Source: Anaerovoracaceae bacterium
GTDB lineage: Bacteria > Bacillota > Clostridia > Peptostreptococcales > Anaerovoracaceae
NCBI GenBank assembly: GCA_045642565.1
Contig: JAZUJE010000008.1
Location: forward strand, 38,223 to 62,222
Direction of reading: 5' to 3'
Length of the DNA: 24,000 bases
The notes beneath the pieces are model-generated. The model did not search any database and was not told the origin of the DNA. It was given only the letters and a program-made list of their open reading frames with translations. The translations under genes were made by a program, and so were the position numbers. This document shows positions 12,695 through 22,684 of this stretch, piece after piece. Position 1 is the first letter of the stretch. Each line of letters opens with the position of its first letter.

Positions 12695-14359
12695 ATGAAG
12701 AAGCGTGTTTTAAGTATTATATTATCAGTAATAGTGTTTATTTTATTGTTTACTGTAATAGTTGTGGCTAATGAGCAAGATGTTGATAGACTCATTATGC
12801 CTGAGCTAACCCAAATAGATTACAATGATGATTCATTTGATATTACCTGGCCAGAGAACCAGCTTTATACAGGCGAAGAATTAACCCCAAAGCCTGTGAT
12901 TAAATTTGGAGATTTTACGCTTGAAGAGGGTAAAGATTACACAGTTTCTTATGAAAATAATATCGGACCTTCATACTTTGAATGGGCGAAGATTACGGTT
13001 CAATTTCAAGGAGATTACAATGGCACTGTTTCTGAATATTTTGATATAAGAACGGTTTGGCAGGAACTTCAGAGAGCTGTTTCTTCTGGATATAATGTCT
13101 CAGCCGGAAAAGAATATATTTCCGAAGTATATTCTGAGATTGATGGTGTTACAACTGTTACATTGCTAAAAGATATACCTATGACTGAATTTGATACGGA
13201 GGGTGTAAGTATAAAAGGCATCAGCAATAAGGTAATACTTGATTTAAACGGGCATACGATAGATAGAAATAAAACAGAAATTTTTGTTATTGAAAGCGCA
13301 GAATTAACTCTTTGCGACAGTAGCGATGCAAAAAATGGAAAGATTGTGAATGGGCTTGCGAATTACGGTGGTGCTATTAAAATAACTCAAGGTGGCAAGC
13401 TTACTGTTGAAAATGGCACAATTTCAAATTGCCGTGCAAAATATGGCGGTGGCGCAATCTATGCTGAAAGTGGAGATGTTGTAATTAGCGGTGGTACAAT
13501 TACAGAATGTTCTGCCAGTGAAGCAGGCGGAGCAATCAGCATGAAAAATGGCAATTTGACAATGTCTGGTGGCACAATAAGTAAATGTTATGCCAGCAGT
13601 GTAGGCGGAGGTGTTAATGTTGATAGAGGCACTTTCAAGATGACAGGAGGATATATTATAGAGAATCAAGCACGCAACAACAGTTATGGTGGCGGAGTAT
13701 ATTTAGACTCAACAAATGGAATCTTCATCATGACTGGTGGTTTTATCACTAATAATACTACTCTTTATGCAAACAATTTTGGTGCAGGTGTTTCATCCGG
13801 AAAAAGTGTAACTATCGGTGGCACTGCTGTTATTGAGAATAATCTAAAAGGTGTATCTTTAGGCATGGAACGAGGGACGGCAGATGATCTTTATATAAGT
13901 TCAAGCAGACCGATTTCGATAGCTATCGGTGAAGACTCTCCTGTGGAAGGTATGCATGTAGGGGTTGCTATGATTAAGAATGGGCATAGTATTGCCGGTG
14001 CTTTTACCCAAAACTGCGATAGCGATTTAAGTGAATATTTCTTTTCAGATGATATAAGTTTAGAAACAAAGTATTTGAATGCTTGTATGGAACTGTCTGT
14101 AAAGGAAATGACTGTAGAAAAGAGCGAAGGAGTGGTGTCGACTACATTTTATTCTTTAGAGGAAAAAGAGGTTATTTTCTATCTTGCGGTATATGATGAA
14201 AATGGCAAGATGTGTGGAATTGCTTCAAAAACCATTACAATTAATCATGGAGCGAATAGTGTCTCTATGGATCTTCCAAGTGAGCCTTATAGCGAAGGGA
14301 TAGTGTTTGCTCTTAATAAGGACACAGCTTCACCACTTTGTAAAGAGGTGGATTTTTAA
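12695..14359 (+). CDS. Secreted/anchored right-handed beta-helix protein with GGAI-type (PMP-like) repeats and an N-terminal MBG-like domain
   Basis: 554 aa with RBS AAAGGAAA and an N-terminal hydrophobic signal/anchor. It has repeated G-G-(A/G)-(I/V) turns: NYGGAIKIT, KYGGGAIYAE, EAGGAISMK, SVGGGVNVD, SYGGGVYLD. YTGEELTPKPV...GKDYTVSYENN is MBG-like. Confidence 0.75.
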   Translation: MKKRVLSIILSVIVFILLFTVIVVANEQDVDRLIMPELTQIDYNDDSFDITWPENQLYTGEELTPKPVIKFGDFTLEEGKDYTVSYENNIGPSYFEWAKITVQFQGDYNGTVSEYFDIRTVWQELQRAVSSGYNVSAGKEYISEVYSEIDGVTTVTLLKDIPMTEFDTEGVSIKGISNKVILDLNGHTIDRNKTEIFVIESAELTLCDSSDAKNGKIVNGLANYGGAIKITQGGKLTVENGTISNCRAKYGGGAIYAESGDVVISGGTITECSASEAGGAISMKNGNLTMSGGTISKCYASSVGGGVNVDRGTFKMTGGYIIENQARNNSYGGGVYLDSTNGIFIMTGGFITNNTTLYANNFGAGVSSGKSVTIGGTAVIENNLKGVSLGMERGTADDLYISSSRPISIAIGEDSPVEGMHVGVAMIKNGHSIAGAFTQNCDSDLSEYFFSDDISLETKYLNACMELSVKEMTVEKSEGVVSTTFYSLEEKEVIFYLAVYDENGKMCGIASKTITINHGANSVSMDLPSEPYSEGIVFALNKDTASPLCKEVDF

Positions 14360-14470
14360 ATATAGAGATAATTTATATCTTAAAAGCTTGTTATTGTTTG
14401 TATATTCGTTATCTTTTTAATGCTATGATTATAGAATAGAAGTTATAAAATTTAGATTTAGCCTTATTAA

Positions 14471-16657
14471 ATGGAAAATTCATCAAATTTTAAAAAATCA
14501 ATATTTGGGGAATTAATTGTCTTTGTGATAGTTTTAGCTTTTGTTTTGCCACCACAAGTTTTGTTTGCAAACGATTTAGAAACAGATGTTTTGTCGTGGC
14601 GACTTTATGGAGATATTCCTCAAGATATCATGGTTTATGCTGCTCAATATACCAAAGAAGGTCAGTGCATTGATGTTAAGACTTTAGCGTTGGATAGAAA
14701 AGGTAGCATAGAATTCAATTCTGTAAATGATTGTGAATATAGCCTATTTTTTGTGAATGAAAATCTGTCTTCAGCTATGCCGGCGATAGATATGACAAAA
14801 AATGATTCAAATAAGTATTTCATAGACTTGCATAATCCAAGTGAAAATATAGCAGAACTAAATACGAATTTTATTAACTGTGTAAAAAATGGCTATATTA
14901 CAGCTTTTACCAGCCCTCGTAATAATTATAGTAATGAATCTACTTTAGACCAGCTTGTTTATAATGAAGATGGTTCAATTAAAATTTCTACAGTATATTA
15001 CAGTTTAGAAGAATTTGCTAAACTTACAGATCATTTAGCGCGAACTTTAAAATTAGCATATGAATATTGTAATACTGAAGATTCTGAGCTTAAGGAACAA
15101 ATATCAAAGGTTATTCCTGGGCTACTTTTATATTGGACTGAAAATGATTTTGAAAGTACAAATTGGTGGTATAACGATATAAGTACTCCAAATTTATTAG
15201 AGGAGATTGCTTTGCTTGCTCGTGATGTCATTTCTCCGGCGATTATGGAAGAAATAGAACCGTTTATGGCAAAAGGAAGCTTTACTGAAAATACATCTTT
15301 ATTAAACGAAACAGGGGCTAATGCGGCATGGATTGCTTTTTCTACATTAAAATATGGAATACTTACAGAAAATAAGGAAGCAATAGAGCTTGCTCTTGAA
15401 AAGATAAAGAGTCAAATCACTATTTCTGATGGCGAAGGGATACGTGCTGATGGAAGCTTTATGCAACATGGTATTCGTTTTTATAATGGGGCATACGGCA
15501 AAAATTTCATTGATAATATTGTGCCTATTTTGTATGTGATAGACGGAACTTCTTATGAATTCGACCAAAATGAACTTGATCCGTTATATACATTAATTTT
15601 TGATGGGATGAAATATATAAGTATTGGGAATCAAGTTGAGCCTCAATCTATAGGGCGAGATATTTGCAACCCAGGATCCACCTCACTTAGCGGATTTGCA
15701 GAAAGCCTAAGAAAACTTACTGCTCTTGATGTAATTGGTAATAAGGAAGAAATTGAAAATTATTGTTTATCTATAGAGAATAATACGCGGCAATCGTTAG
15801 GGCTGAAATATTTCGATTCTGCGAAATTAATAGTTATTAATAATCCTGATTTTTATTTTTCTTTCAGATCTTGTGATGAAGACTTATTCTATGGCGAAAC
15901 TTTAAATGATGAAAATATCCTGGGCTATAATAGTTCATATGGAACTACAACAAGTATAATAGGGGATAAAGTTGATATTGCAGAGCTGCCTCCGGTAATG
16001 GATTATGCACTTATACCTGGGACAACAGCTATTTATGAAAATGATGAACAGTTACTTGCTCACGGTGACTGGAATAAGCGCAAGTTGAGTGGAATTTTTG
16101 GCGGAGAATGTTTTGATGATTATGCCGTATCGTTTGCTCAAACAAGTCATGAGGGTATTAATTTTACGGTTGCATGTTTTGCTACGAATAGTAGTGCTGT
16201 GATTCTTGGTGCTGGCCTAAGCAATTCTGATGATACAAATATGATTACAACGTTACAACAAGAAATTGCTCAAGGAAGCTTTAGCCAAAATGAAAATATT
16301 GTTATTCATAATGGTGTAAAATATACGAAATATGAAGGTGGAACGCTTACTGCAGATATAATTAATAGAACTGGCAGTTGGAGACGTAATGATGTAAATG
16401 GCGTTACAGATCCTGTTTCTAAAGATATTTTTACATTAACTATGGAAAATGAAGGCTCATATGCATATTCTGTTATGTCTGAACAAACTAATGAGGAATA
16501 TGAATTGATTGAAAATAGTGAAGAGTTTCAGGCTGTAAAGATGCCTAACGGTATTGTTTGTGTTATATGTTATAAGGATGGCGACTTTGAGTATAATAAT
16601 AACACCTATACTATGTCTGCCGGAGATATTCTTGAAATTTCGGCCAAACTTAATTAG
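14471..16657 (+). CDS. Polysaccharide lyase family 8 (hyaluronate/chondroitin/xanthan lyase-like), secreted
   Basis: 728 aa with a signal/anchor segment. It has NWWYNDISTPNLL and RADGSFMQHGIRFYNGAYGKNF (His, then Tyr at +9), the PL8 catalytic signature. No obvious Shine-Dalgarno sequence precedes ATG 14471. Confidence 0.85.
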   Translation: MENSSNFKKSIFGELIVFVIVLAFVLPPQVLFANDLETDVLSWRLYGDIPQDIMVYAAQYTKEGQCIDVKTLALDRKGSIEFNSVNDCEYSLFFVNENLSSAMPAIDMTKNDSNKYFIDLHNPSENIAELNTNFINCVKNGYITAFTSPRNNYSNESTLDQLVYNEDGSIKISTVYYSLEEFAKLTDHLARTLKLAYEYCNTEDSELKEQISKVIPGLLLYWTENDFESTNWWYNDISTPNLLEEIALLARDVISPAIMEEIEPFMAKGSFTENTSLLNETGANAAWIAFSTLKYGILTENKEAIELALEKIKSQITISDGEGIRADGSFMQHGIRFYNGAYGKNFIDNIVPILYVIDGTSYEFDQNELDPLYTLIFDGMKYISIGNQVEPQSIGRDICNPGSTSLSGFAESLRKLTALDVIGNKEEIENYCLSIENNTRQSLGLKYFDSAKLIVINNPDFYFSFRSCDEDLFYGETLNDENILGYNSSYGTTTSIIGDKVDIAELPPVMDYALIPGTTAIYENDEQLLAHGDWNKRKLSGIFGGECFDDYAVSFAQTSHEGINFTVACFATNSSAVILGAGLSNSDDTNMITTLQQEIAQGSFSQNENIVIHNGVKYTKYEGGTLTADIINRTGSWRRNDVNGVTDPVSKDIFTLTMENEGSYAYSVMSEQTNEEYELIENSEEFQAVKMPNGIVCVICYKDGDFEYNNNTYTMSAGDILEISAKLN

Positions 16658-16673
16658 AATTATTAATTTTTAT

Positions 16674-16697
16674 AAAAACAGGCTTATGCCTGTTTTT
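16674..16697 (+). terminator. Rho-independent terminator of the PL8 gene
   Basis: AAAAACAGGC-TTAT-GCCTGTTTTT is a perfect 10-bp stem with a T-tract, 17 nt after the stop. Confidence 0.8.
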
Positions 16698-16756
16698 ATA
16701 CTTTGGCTTGATTTCGGCTACTTTATCTCAATTATCTGTTTGTTTATACGTAATAA

Positions 16757-16765
16757 TGATATAAT
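16757..16765 (+). promoter_or_regulatory. Extended -10 promoter element for sstT
   Basis: TGaTATAAT (TATAAT at 16760-16765), with only a weak -35 (TGTTTG). It lies ~30 nt upstream of the GAAAGGTGA RBS. Confidence 0.4.
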
Positions 16766-16807
16766 ATATTGGGTGAAAATTCAGTTACATAAGAAAGGTG
16801 ACCATTT

Positions 16808-18022
16808 ATGAAAAAAGTAATGAAAATTTGGACCGAAAGCAGTCTTATCATTAAGATTGTAATAGGTTTGGTTCTTGGTACTGCATTTGGCTTATTATTC
16901 CCTGCTGCAGACTTTATTGGCATTCCCGGAACTATTTTTATCGGAGCTTTAAAAGCAGTTGCTCCTGTACTGGTATTTTTCCTTGTATGTTCGGCAATTG
17001 CAAGCGCCGGAGAGGGCATTGGCCCAAGATTTAAGACAGTAATAGTTCTGTATCTTTTATCTACATTTGTTGCAGCTATCATTGCTGTAATCGCAACAAA
17101 TATCTTCCCTGTAACCATCAAACTTGAAACGGCTGTTGAAGCAACTGCTCCTGGTGGTTTAAAAGAGATATTTGAGACATTGCTTGTAAATGTTGTAGAA
17201 AATCCTATCTCAGCATTAGCTGGCGGAAACTATCTTGCTATTCTTTTCTGGGCTGTAGTTCTTGGCTTTGCATTAAAAATTATTAAAAGTGTAAAAGCTG
17301 TAGAAGTAATCACAGAGGTTGCAGATGCTGTGTCTAAGATGGTTTCATGGATTATTCAGTTTGCTCCAATTGGCGTACTTGGTATTATGTATACTAATAT
17401 CTCAGGAAATGGACTTGCTATATTTGCAGATTATGGAAAGCTGATTCTCCTTTTAGTTGGAACGATGCTTACTGTTGCATTTGTTGTTAATCCGGCTATT
17501 GTAGGAATTACGCTTAAACGTAACCCATATCCACTTGTTCTTAAATGTATCAAACAGAGCGGTATCCCGGCATTCTTTACCAGAAGCTCTGCTGCTAATA
17601 TTCCTGTTAATATGCAGCTTTGTGAAGAACTTGGGCTTGATAAAGATTTCTATTCTGTATCAATTCCTTTAGGCTCAACAGTAAATATGGATGGGGCAGC
17701 TATCACTATTACTATAATGTCACTTGTTGCAGCAAGGACGCTGGGATTAAACATTCCTCTTCCTTTAGCAATAGCGCTTAGTATCATTTCTACACTTGGT
17801 GCATGCGGATCTTCCGGTGTTGCCGGAGGCTCAATTCTTCTTATCCCTATGGCTTGTTCGTTAATGGGTATAGGCGGTGATGAGGCCATGCAAGTTGTAG
17901 CTGTAGGCTTTATTATCGGAGTTATTCAAGATTCTGTAGAAACAGCTCTTAACTCAAGCGGTGATGTACTTTTCACAGCTACTGCAGAACTTCGTGACAA
18001 GATGAAAAAAGAAAAGAAATAG
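16808..18022 (+). CDS. sstT: Serine/threonine:sodium symporter SstT (DAACS family)
   Basis: 404 aa and collinear with E. coli SstT as I recall it. Shared segments: GALKAVAPVLVF, NPISALAGGNYLAILFWAVVLGFAL, FTRSSAANIPVNMQLCEELGL, YSVSIPLGSTVNMDGAAITITI, GSSGVAGGSILLIP, MQVVAVGFIIGVIQDSVETALNSSGDVLFTA. Confidence 0.9.
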   Translation: MKKVMKIWTESSLIIKIVIGLVLGTAFGLLFPAADFIGIPGTIFIGALKAVAPVLVFFLVCSAIASAGEGIGPRFKTVIVLYLLSTFVAAIIAVIATNIFPVTIKLETAVEATAPGGLKEIFETLLVNVVENPISALAGGNYLAILFWAVVLGFALKIIKSVKAVEVITEVADAVSKMVSWIIQFAPIGVLGIMYTNISGNGLAIFADYGKLILLLVGTMLTVAFVVNPAIVGITLKRNPYPLVLKCIKQSGIPAFFTRSSAANIPVNMQLCEELGLDKDFYSVSIPLGSTVNMDGAAITITIMSLVAARTLGLNIPLPLAIALSIISTLGACGSSGVAGGSILLIPMACSLMGIGGDEAMQVVAVGFIIGVIQDSVETALNSSGDVLFTATAELRDKMKKEKK

Positions 18023-18094
18023 ATTTTTATTAGTTATAAGGGATATAAGTGATTTTAGCCAATTTAATACAAAAGCTGGAGGGTTAATCTCTGT

Positions 18095-21000
18095 ATGAAA
18101 CATATGAAAAAAAATAAGTTAAGAAAAATACTGACAATCCTTTTAGCTGTAATATGTTTACTTGGTAATGTTCAGTTTTCTTTTGCTACTAACGCAAAAA
18201 CTAAATATAGCAATGCAATCGATTTGGGGTATGACATAAGTTTCAACCCATCAGAGTTGTTTGCCGGGGCAACGACTAGTTTTAGTTTGGATATAGCTAA
18301 AATTTCAGCTATACTTGCAAGTTCCGGTAAGTATTCAGATTATATGAAACAAGTTATTACCAAGGAATGTCAATTACAAAAATACATTTGCTACAGTTCA
18401 TCTGAAGATTCCTTACCAGATTGTGCCACAACTTTTTATACCGCTAATATTCCGTTTTCTCGTAATGGACATAATGCCAGACTTGTTTTGATTGATATAG
18501 GAGAGACAGCCAAGGATAGCAGTGGAGCTGTTATGGCAGATTTTATGAACAAAGAAATAAATGGATCTGTAGATTATGCTAAGACTGCTGTCTTAAGCTA
18601 TTCGGAAGAGGCGGAAAGAATTCAGGCTCAAATCAAGGAAAGTATAACGGACAAATATATGAGAGAATATATTGACTGTGTATTTTGGGTTGTTGGATAT
18701 GACAGGGGCGCAAACGTTGGCAATTGCCTGGCTAAACTTCTTATTGACGAATATGGTACTTCTTGCGTAACGGCATATCTGTTTGGCAGTGGCAATACAG
18801 ATAAACTTGCCAAAGAAAATAATTCAAGCAAATATTATAGTATTTTTAATATAGTTAATCTTGATGATTTAGGAACATATTTTCCTTTAACCGAATGGGG
18901 CTATGGTAGATGGGGCGTTGATGTTGAACTGGGACTCCCTTCAAAAAATAGGGATGATTTCAAGAGAAAAATTAATAATCTATATGATGAATATACAAAG
19001 AATGCAAATCGTAGTAAAACCTTGCATTTAGGCAAAGATTATTACTTCTTCTCAGATTCTGAGTGTAATGGGGTCGCTATCCAAGCTCTTCTTCATAATA
19101 GTGTGTACAAGATTATTGATTCAATGCAGGCATATTATACAAAGCCTATAAGTATTAAAAAATATGACAGTATTGCTTCAATTTTATTTGGAGGGTATTC
19201 AACAAAAAATATTGTGCTTTATGACTTTTTAAAAGATACATTTGGCATTATCAGTCAGGATGAATTATCTACCAGTCAAAAAACAGATTATCTTTTAATG
19301 GGTGCTGCAAGCTTAAAATATAAATGTGATGTTCAAGAGGTTATGAAATTTGTCTGTGAAAAGGGTGTAGGTATAACAGATTTGGGAGATGTTGTAATGG
19401 ATTTTATCACAGGAGATTCAACGTTTGAACTTCATGAGCTTCTTGTAAATCATTTAGCAGAGAGCTATCTTATTTGGCTTAATATAGATGATCCGACTTT
19501 GGGCATACTCAATTACAATGAATTGCCCGATGTATCAGCAAAAAGTACTCTTGAAAGTAATGGGGTAAGTATTAGCTCTGAGGATGCTTTTTATGATCAG
19601 AGTTTTGTCGCAACAAAAACTGAAGAGGGATATACTTTTAAATTTACTGATTGTGATGGCAATGAATTCCGACCAAATAATACAGTAAAAGTTAGTGTTC
19701 CTGTACCAACACTTGTGTCACGGCTTCAGTTTTATGATGAAGAAAATGACAAAACTAAAGATATTTCATTTGATTATAATGAGCAGACTTCTTCAATTGA
19801 GTTTAGCACAACAAAAATTAATGGAAGATTAATAATTACCGGAAGCAATCTCATTTCACTGCCACAAGGTAATCAAATTGTTTATGATGGCAGAATTCAT
19901 ACCGGACTTGATATAAGTTCGGAAAAATATCTTTGCTATGGAGAATTAAGTGCCACTGAGGCCGGGACATACAAGATAAATCTCAGTTTAAAAGATCCAA
20001 GTTCTGATGTTTGGACAGATGGTACTACAGAGGATAAGACAGTCAACTGGGAAATCTTGAAGAGACCTGTGACAGTTACTGCCGGAGAACTAACTGTGAC
20101 ATATGATGGTAAAAGCTATGCTCCATCTTATACTTCGGAGGGGCTCGTTCCGGGACATAGCTTGAGTGCGACGGTTGCAACAAGAAGCAAGGCCGGAGAT
20201 TATGTTACAGATGGTCAAATTACTGTTAGCAATGTAAAAATAGAAGATGGAAACGAAATAGATGTAACAGATAATTATGATGTTGAAACTATTAGCGGCA
20301 AGTTACATATAAAAAAGAGGCCACTTACAATAGATCTTTATGAACCCAAGCGTGCATATAGAGGAAAATCAATATCTCCAGATTATATTGTGACCGGTCT
20401 TGTAGAAGGGCATAATATTGATGTTACCATCACAACAAGAACTAATGTTGGTTCCTATGGCATAGACAACGAAAGTGGGCAATACAAAATATGCATAACA
20501 GGATATAAAATAACTGATGAAAAAGGAAAAGATGTGACAAATTATTATGATGTTACCAAAATAGAACAAAAATTTGATATCAAGGAAAATGTTCCTGTTC
20601 CACAGATTATAGAAGGATTGGTCTATAACGGAACTGAACAATATGGCTTTTCACAGTCTGATGATGACTTTTATGAACTTGTTGAAGGTGTTGCAAAAGC
20701 TATAGAGCCGGGAGAATATTCAGCTACATTGAAAGTCGTTGATGGCAAGAAATGGGATGATGGTTCTACAGAAAACAAAACTATTAATTGGAGCATAGGT
20801 AAGCGTCCTTTGACAGTTACATTTGAAGATAAAGAACTTATATATGATGGAGATAGTCATTCTTGCGATTATCACATTGAAGGGCTTTTATCAAAAGATA
20901 AGCTTGTATCAAACGGTGAATCTGATTTAGCAAAAGATACCAGATCTAAAGTTGATACTTATAAATCTAAGGATTACAAATATGCCGATTCGGCTAAGGT

Positions 21001-22303
21001 TATAGAAAAAAGTTCAAACATCGATGTAACAGAATATTATGATATTTCATTTTCTAAATGGAATATGACAATTGCAACTCGTATAGTAGATATTCCTGAA
21101 GTATATGATTTAATTTACGATGGCAATATACAAGGTCCGTTTAATGGCGACGATTTTTATTCTATTGAGAACGGCAGTGCGACTGATAGTGGTACTTATA
21201 CTGCAACACTAACTCTTCCATCGACGGAATATTGCCAATGGTCTGATGGAACTTATGACCCTAAGAGCTTCACATGGAGCATTGTCGCTCGCCCTGCAAT
21301 TGTAAGAGTCGGAGATTTAGAAACAACATATAACGGAGTTTCTCAAAATCCAGATTATGAGATATTGGGTTTGGCAGACTCCCATGAAGAGTATGTGCAT
21401 GTAGAGACTAGAACGGAGGTTGGGGAGTTTGGACCGGAAAAAATTTATGTAACTGATACCGGTTCCGATAAATTTTTGATTAAGGATGCAAAAGGTAACG
21501 ATGTTACAAAGAACTATGATGTGATAAAAGAAGGAGGCAATCTTGTAATTAAGAAAGCTGAACTAATTATCAAAGTTAAAAATGTTGAAGCTGTCTATGA
21601 TCAACAATCACATGGTGCTAATAGTGAAACTGATTATGAAACAGAGGGCTTATTAAACAATCACATTATTTCTGAACTCTCAATTACAGGAACAGCTACG
21701 AGCCCCGGCCTTCATGAAGGTATTTTGCAGGCTGGTGGTATAAAAATTCTTAATCAAGAGAGAGATAACAAAGACATGACCCATTGCTTTGATATACAGT
21801 TTATACCTGGTGATTTGAATATAGTTATGCCAGAGCTTAGTTCTATTGAGATAAGCGAACAGCCTATTAGAACTGAATACACAGAAGGCGATTTATTTGA
21901 TGCAACAGGAATGGTTGTTATTGCGCATTATGTTAATGGAATTTCTGAAGTTATTACAAAATATACTGTTAGCAAAATTGATGCGTTAAGCTTATCTGAT
22001 ACTAAAATTGTAATCAGCTATGGAGGTAAAACAGCAGATTGTAATATTACAGTAAATCCAAAAGTAAAAGCCACAATTTCTGTTACTGGTAAAGAATATA
22101 AGGTTGAATTGCTTGATGATACAAACTCTGCTTATATAATTCTTGCGTATTATTCAAATGGAAAACTGAAATCATGTAAATGCGTTAATATGAATGATGA
22201 ACGAGAGCTTTCAGGAACTTTGTCTTCAGGAGATTGTAAAATATTTTTATGCAACCCATTATATAATCCTTTATGCATACCTTGGTCGGGGTTAATTCAG
22301 TAA
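18095..22303 (+). CDS. Giant secreted surface protein: lipase_3-like N-domain (degenerate nucleophile elbow), MBG-domain repeats, Ig-like domain, C-terminal beta-sandwich module
   Basis: 1402 aa with RBS GGAGGG and signal peptide KILTILLAVICLLGNVQFSFA. VFWVVGYDRGANVGNCLAKLL...AYLFGSGNT resembles a class-3 lipase core. At least five MBG-type units follow (..TYDGKSYAPSYTSEGLVPGHSL..., ..AYRGKSISPDYIVTGLVEGHNI..., ..IYDGDSHSCDYHIEGLL..., ..TYNGVSQNPDYEILGLADSHE..., ..VYDQQSHGANSETDYETEGLLNNH...). LSSIEISEQPIRTEYTEGDLFDATGMVVIAHY is a bacterial Ig-like domain. No LPXTG motif is present. Confidence 0.8.
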   Translation: MKHMKKNKLRKILTILLAVICLLGNVQFSFATNAKTKYSNAIDLGYDISFNPSELFAGATTSFSLDIAKISAILASSGKYSDYMKQVITKECQLQKYICYSSSEDSLPDCATTFYTANIPFSRNGHNARLVLIDIGETAKDSSGAVMADFMNKEINGSVDYAKTAVLSYSEEAERIQAQIKESITDKYMREYIDCVFWVVGYDRGANVGNCLAKLLIDEYGTSCVTAYLFGSGNTDKLAKENNSSKYYSIFNIVNLDDLGTYFPLTEWGYGRWGVDVELGLPSKNRDDFKRKINNLYDEYTKNANRSKTLHLGKDYYFFSDSECNGVAIQALLHNSVYKIIDSMQAYYTKPISIKKYDSIASILFGGYSTKNIVLYDFLKDTFGIISQDELSTSQKTDYLLMGAASLKYKCDVQEVMKFVCEKGVGITDLGDVVMDFITGDSTFELHELLVNHLAESYLIWLNIDDPTLGILNYNELPDVSAKSTLESNGVSISSEDAFYDQSFVATKTEEGYTFKFTDCDGNEFRPNNTVKVSVPVPTLVSRLQFYDEENDKTKDISFDYNEQTSSIEFSTTKINGRLIITGSNLISLPQGNQIVYDGRIHTGLDISSEKYLCYGELSATEAGTYKINLSLKDPSSDVWTDGTTEDKTVNWEILKRPVTVTAGELTVTYDGKSYAPSYTSEGLVPGHSLSATVATRSKAGDYVTDGQITVSNVKIEDGNEIDVTDNYDVETISGKLHIKKRPLTIDLYEPKRAYRGKSISPDYIVTGLVEGHNIDVTITTRTNVGSYGIDNESGQYKICITGYKITDEKGKDVTNYYDVTKIEQKFDIKENVPVPQIIEGLVYNGTEQYGFSQSDDDFYELVEGVAKAIEPGEYSATLKVVDGKKWDDGSTENKTINWSIGKRPLTVTFEDKELIYDGDSHSCDYHIEGLLSKDKLVSNGESDLAKDTRSKVDTYKSKDYKYADSAKVIEKSSNIDVTEYYDISFSKWNMTIATRIVDIPEVYDLIYDGNIQGPFNGDDFYSIENGSATDSGTYTATLTLPSTEYCQWSDGTYDPKSFTWSIVARPAIVRVGDLETTYNGVSQNPDYEILGLADSHEEYVHVETRTEVGEFGPEKIYVTDTGSDKFLIKDAKGNDVTKNYDVIKEGGNLVIKKAELIIKVKNVEAVYDQQSHGANSETDYETEGLLNNHIISELSITGTATSPGLHEGILQAGGIKILNQERDNKDMTHCFDIQFIPGDLNIVMPELSSIEISEQPIRTEYTEGDLFDATGMVVIAHYVNGISEVITKYTVSKIDALSLSDTKIVISYGGKTADCNITVNPKVKATISVTGKEYKVELLDDTNSAYIILAYYSNGKLKSCKCVNMNDERELSGTLSSGDCKIFLCNPLYNPLCIPWSGLIQ

Positions 22304-22308
22304 AAATG

Positions 22309-22346
22309 AAAAGATGTTTAGCATTTCTGCTAAACATCTTTTTTTA
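22309..22346. terminator. Bidirectional terminator between convergent genes
   Basis: 13-15 bp stem AAAAGATGTTTAGCA-TTTC-TGCTAAACATCTTTT with T-runs on both strands. The right arm overlaps the last codons of the PqqD-like gene. Confidence 0.75.
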
Positions 22347-22683
22347 TGTAAGTAATGAATTCGTTATTATATAAAATTTTTACATATGTTGAGAGTCTTT
22401 CGTATAATGGTTCGGCTTTATCTCCATATGTTGCTTTCATTAGCTCTCCAAGTTTTCCTATATCTTTTTTCCCGTCAATCTGTTTCCAAATGAAACTTCC
22501 GATTTCATCTAAATCGATATTACTAACAGGAGGGCGTTTAAAAAGCTTTTGAGCTATCTTATCATAGATTGTTTTATGTTCAATATGAATTGTTACAGTA
22601 CCATTTTCATTAACATCCCAACTGTGTTTTGTGTTGATTGCCGGAATGTAATCTAAATAGTTGTCTTGTTTTTTCTTTCTCAT
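22330..22683 (-). CDS. PqqD-family (RRE-type peptide-binding) small protein
   Basis: The ORF track starts at 22734, which overlaps the OPT gene. I prefer ATG 22683-22681 (MRKKKQDNYL...), 1 nt after the OPT stop. LDEIGSFIWKQIDGKKDIGKLGELMKATYGDKAEPLYERLSTYVKILYNNEFI fits the PqqD pattern. Confidence 0.65.
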   Translation of the reverse strand: MRKKKQDNYLDYIPAINTKHSWDVNENGTVTIHIEHKTIYDKIAQKLFKRPPVSNIDLDEIGSFIWKQIDGKKDIGKLGELMKATYGDKAEPLYERLSTYVKILYNNEFITYIKKDV

Positions 22684-22684
22684 T

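Noticed and set aside
14440-14473. The PL8 lyase start lacks any Shine-Dalgarno sequence, raising the question of a mis-called start or leaderless/alternative initiation
   Set aside because: The signal/anchor segment begins a few residues after this ATG and no better in-frame start exists nearby. This is probably just a weak RBS and is not evidence of anything unusual.
16554-17121. ORFs 16554-16811 (+) and 16744-17121 (-)
   Set aside because: The first runs through the PL8 stop, its terminator and the sstT promoter. The second is antisense to sstT. Both are spurious.
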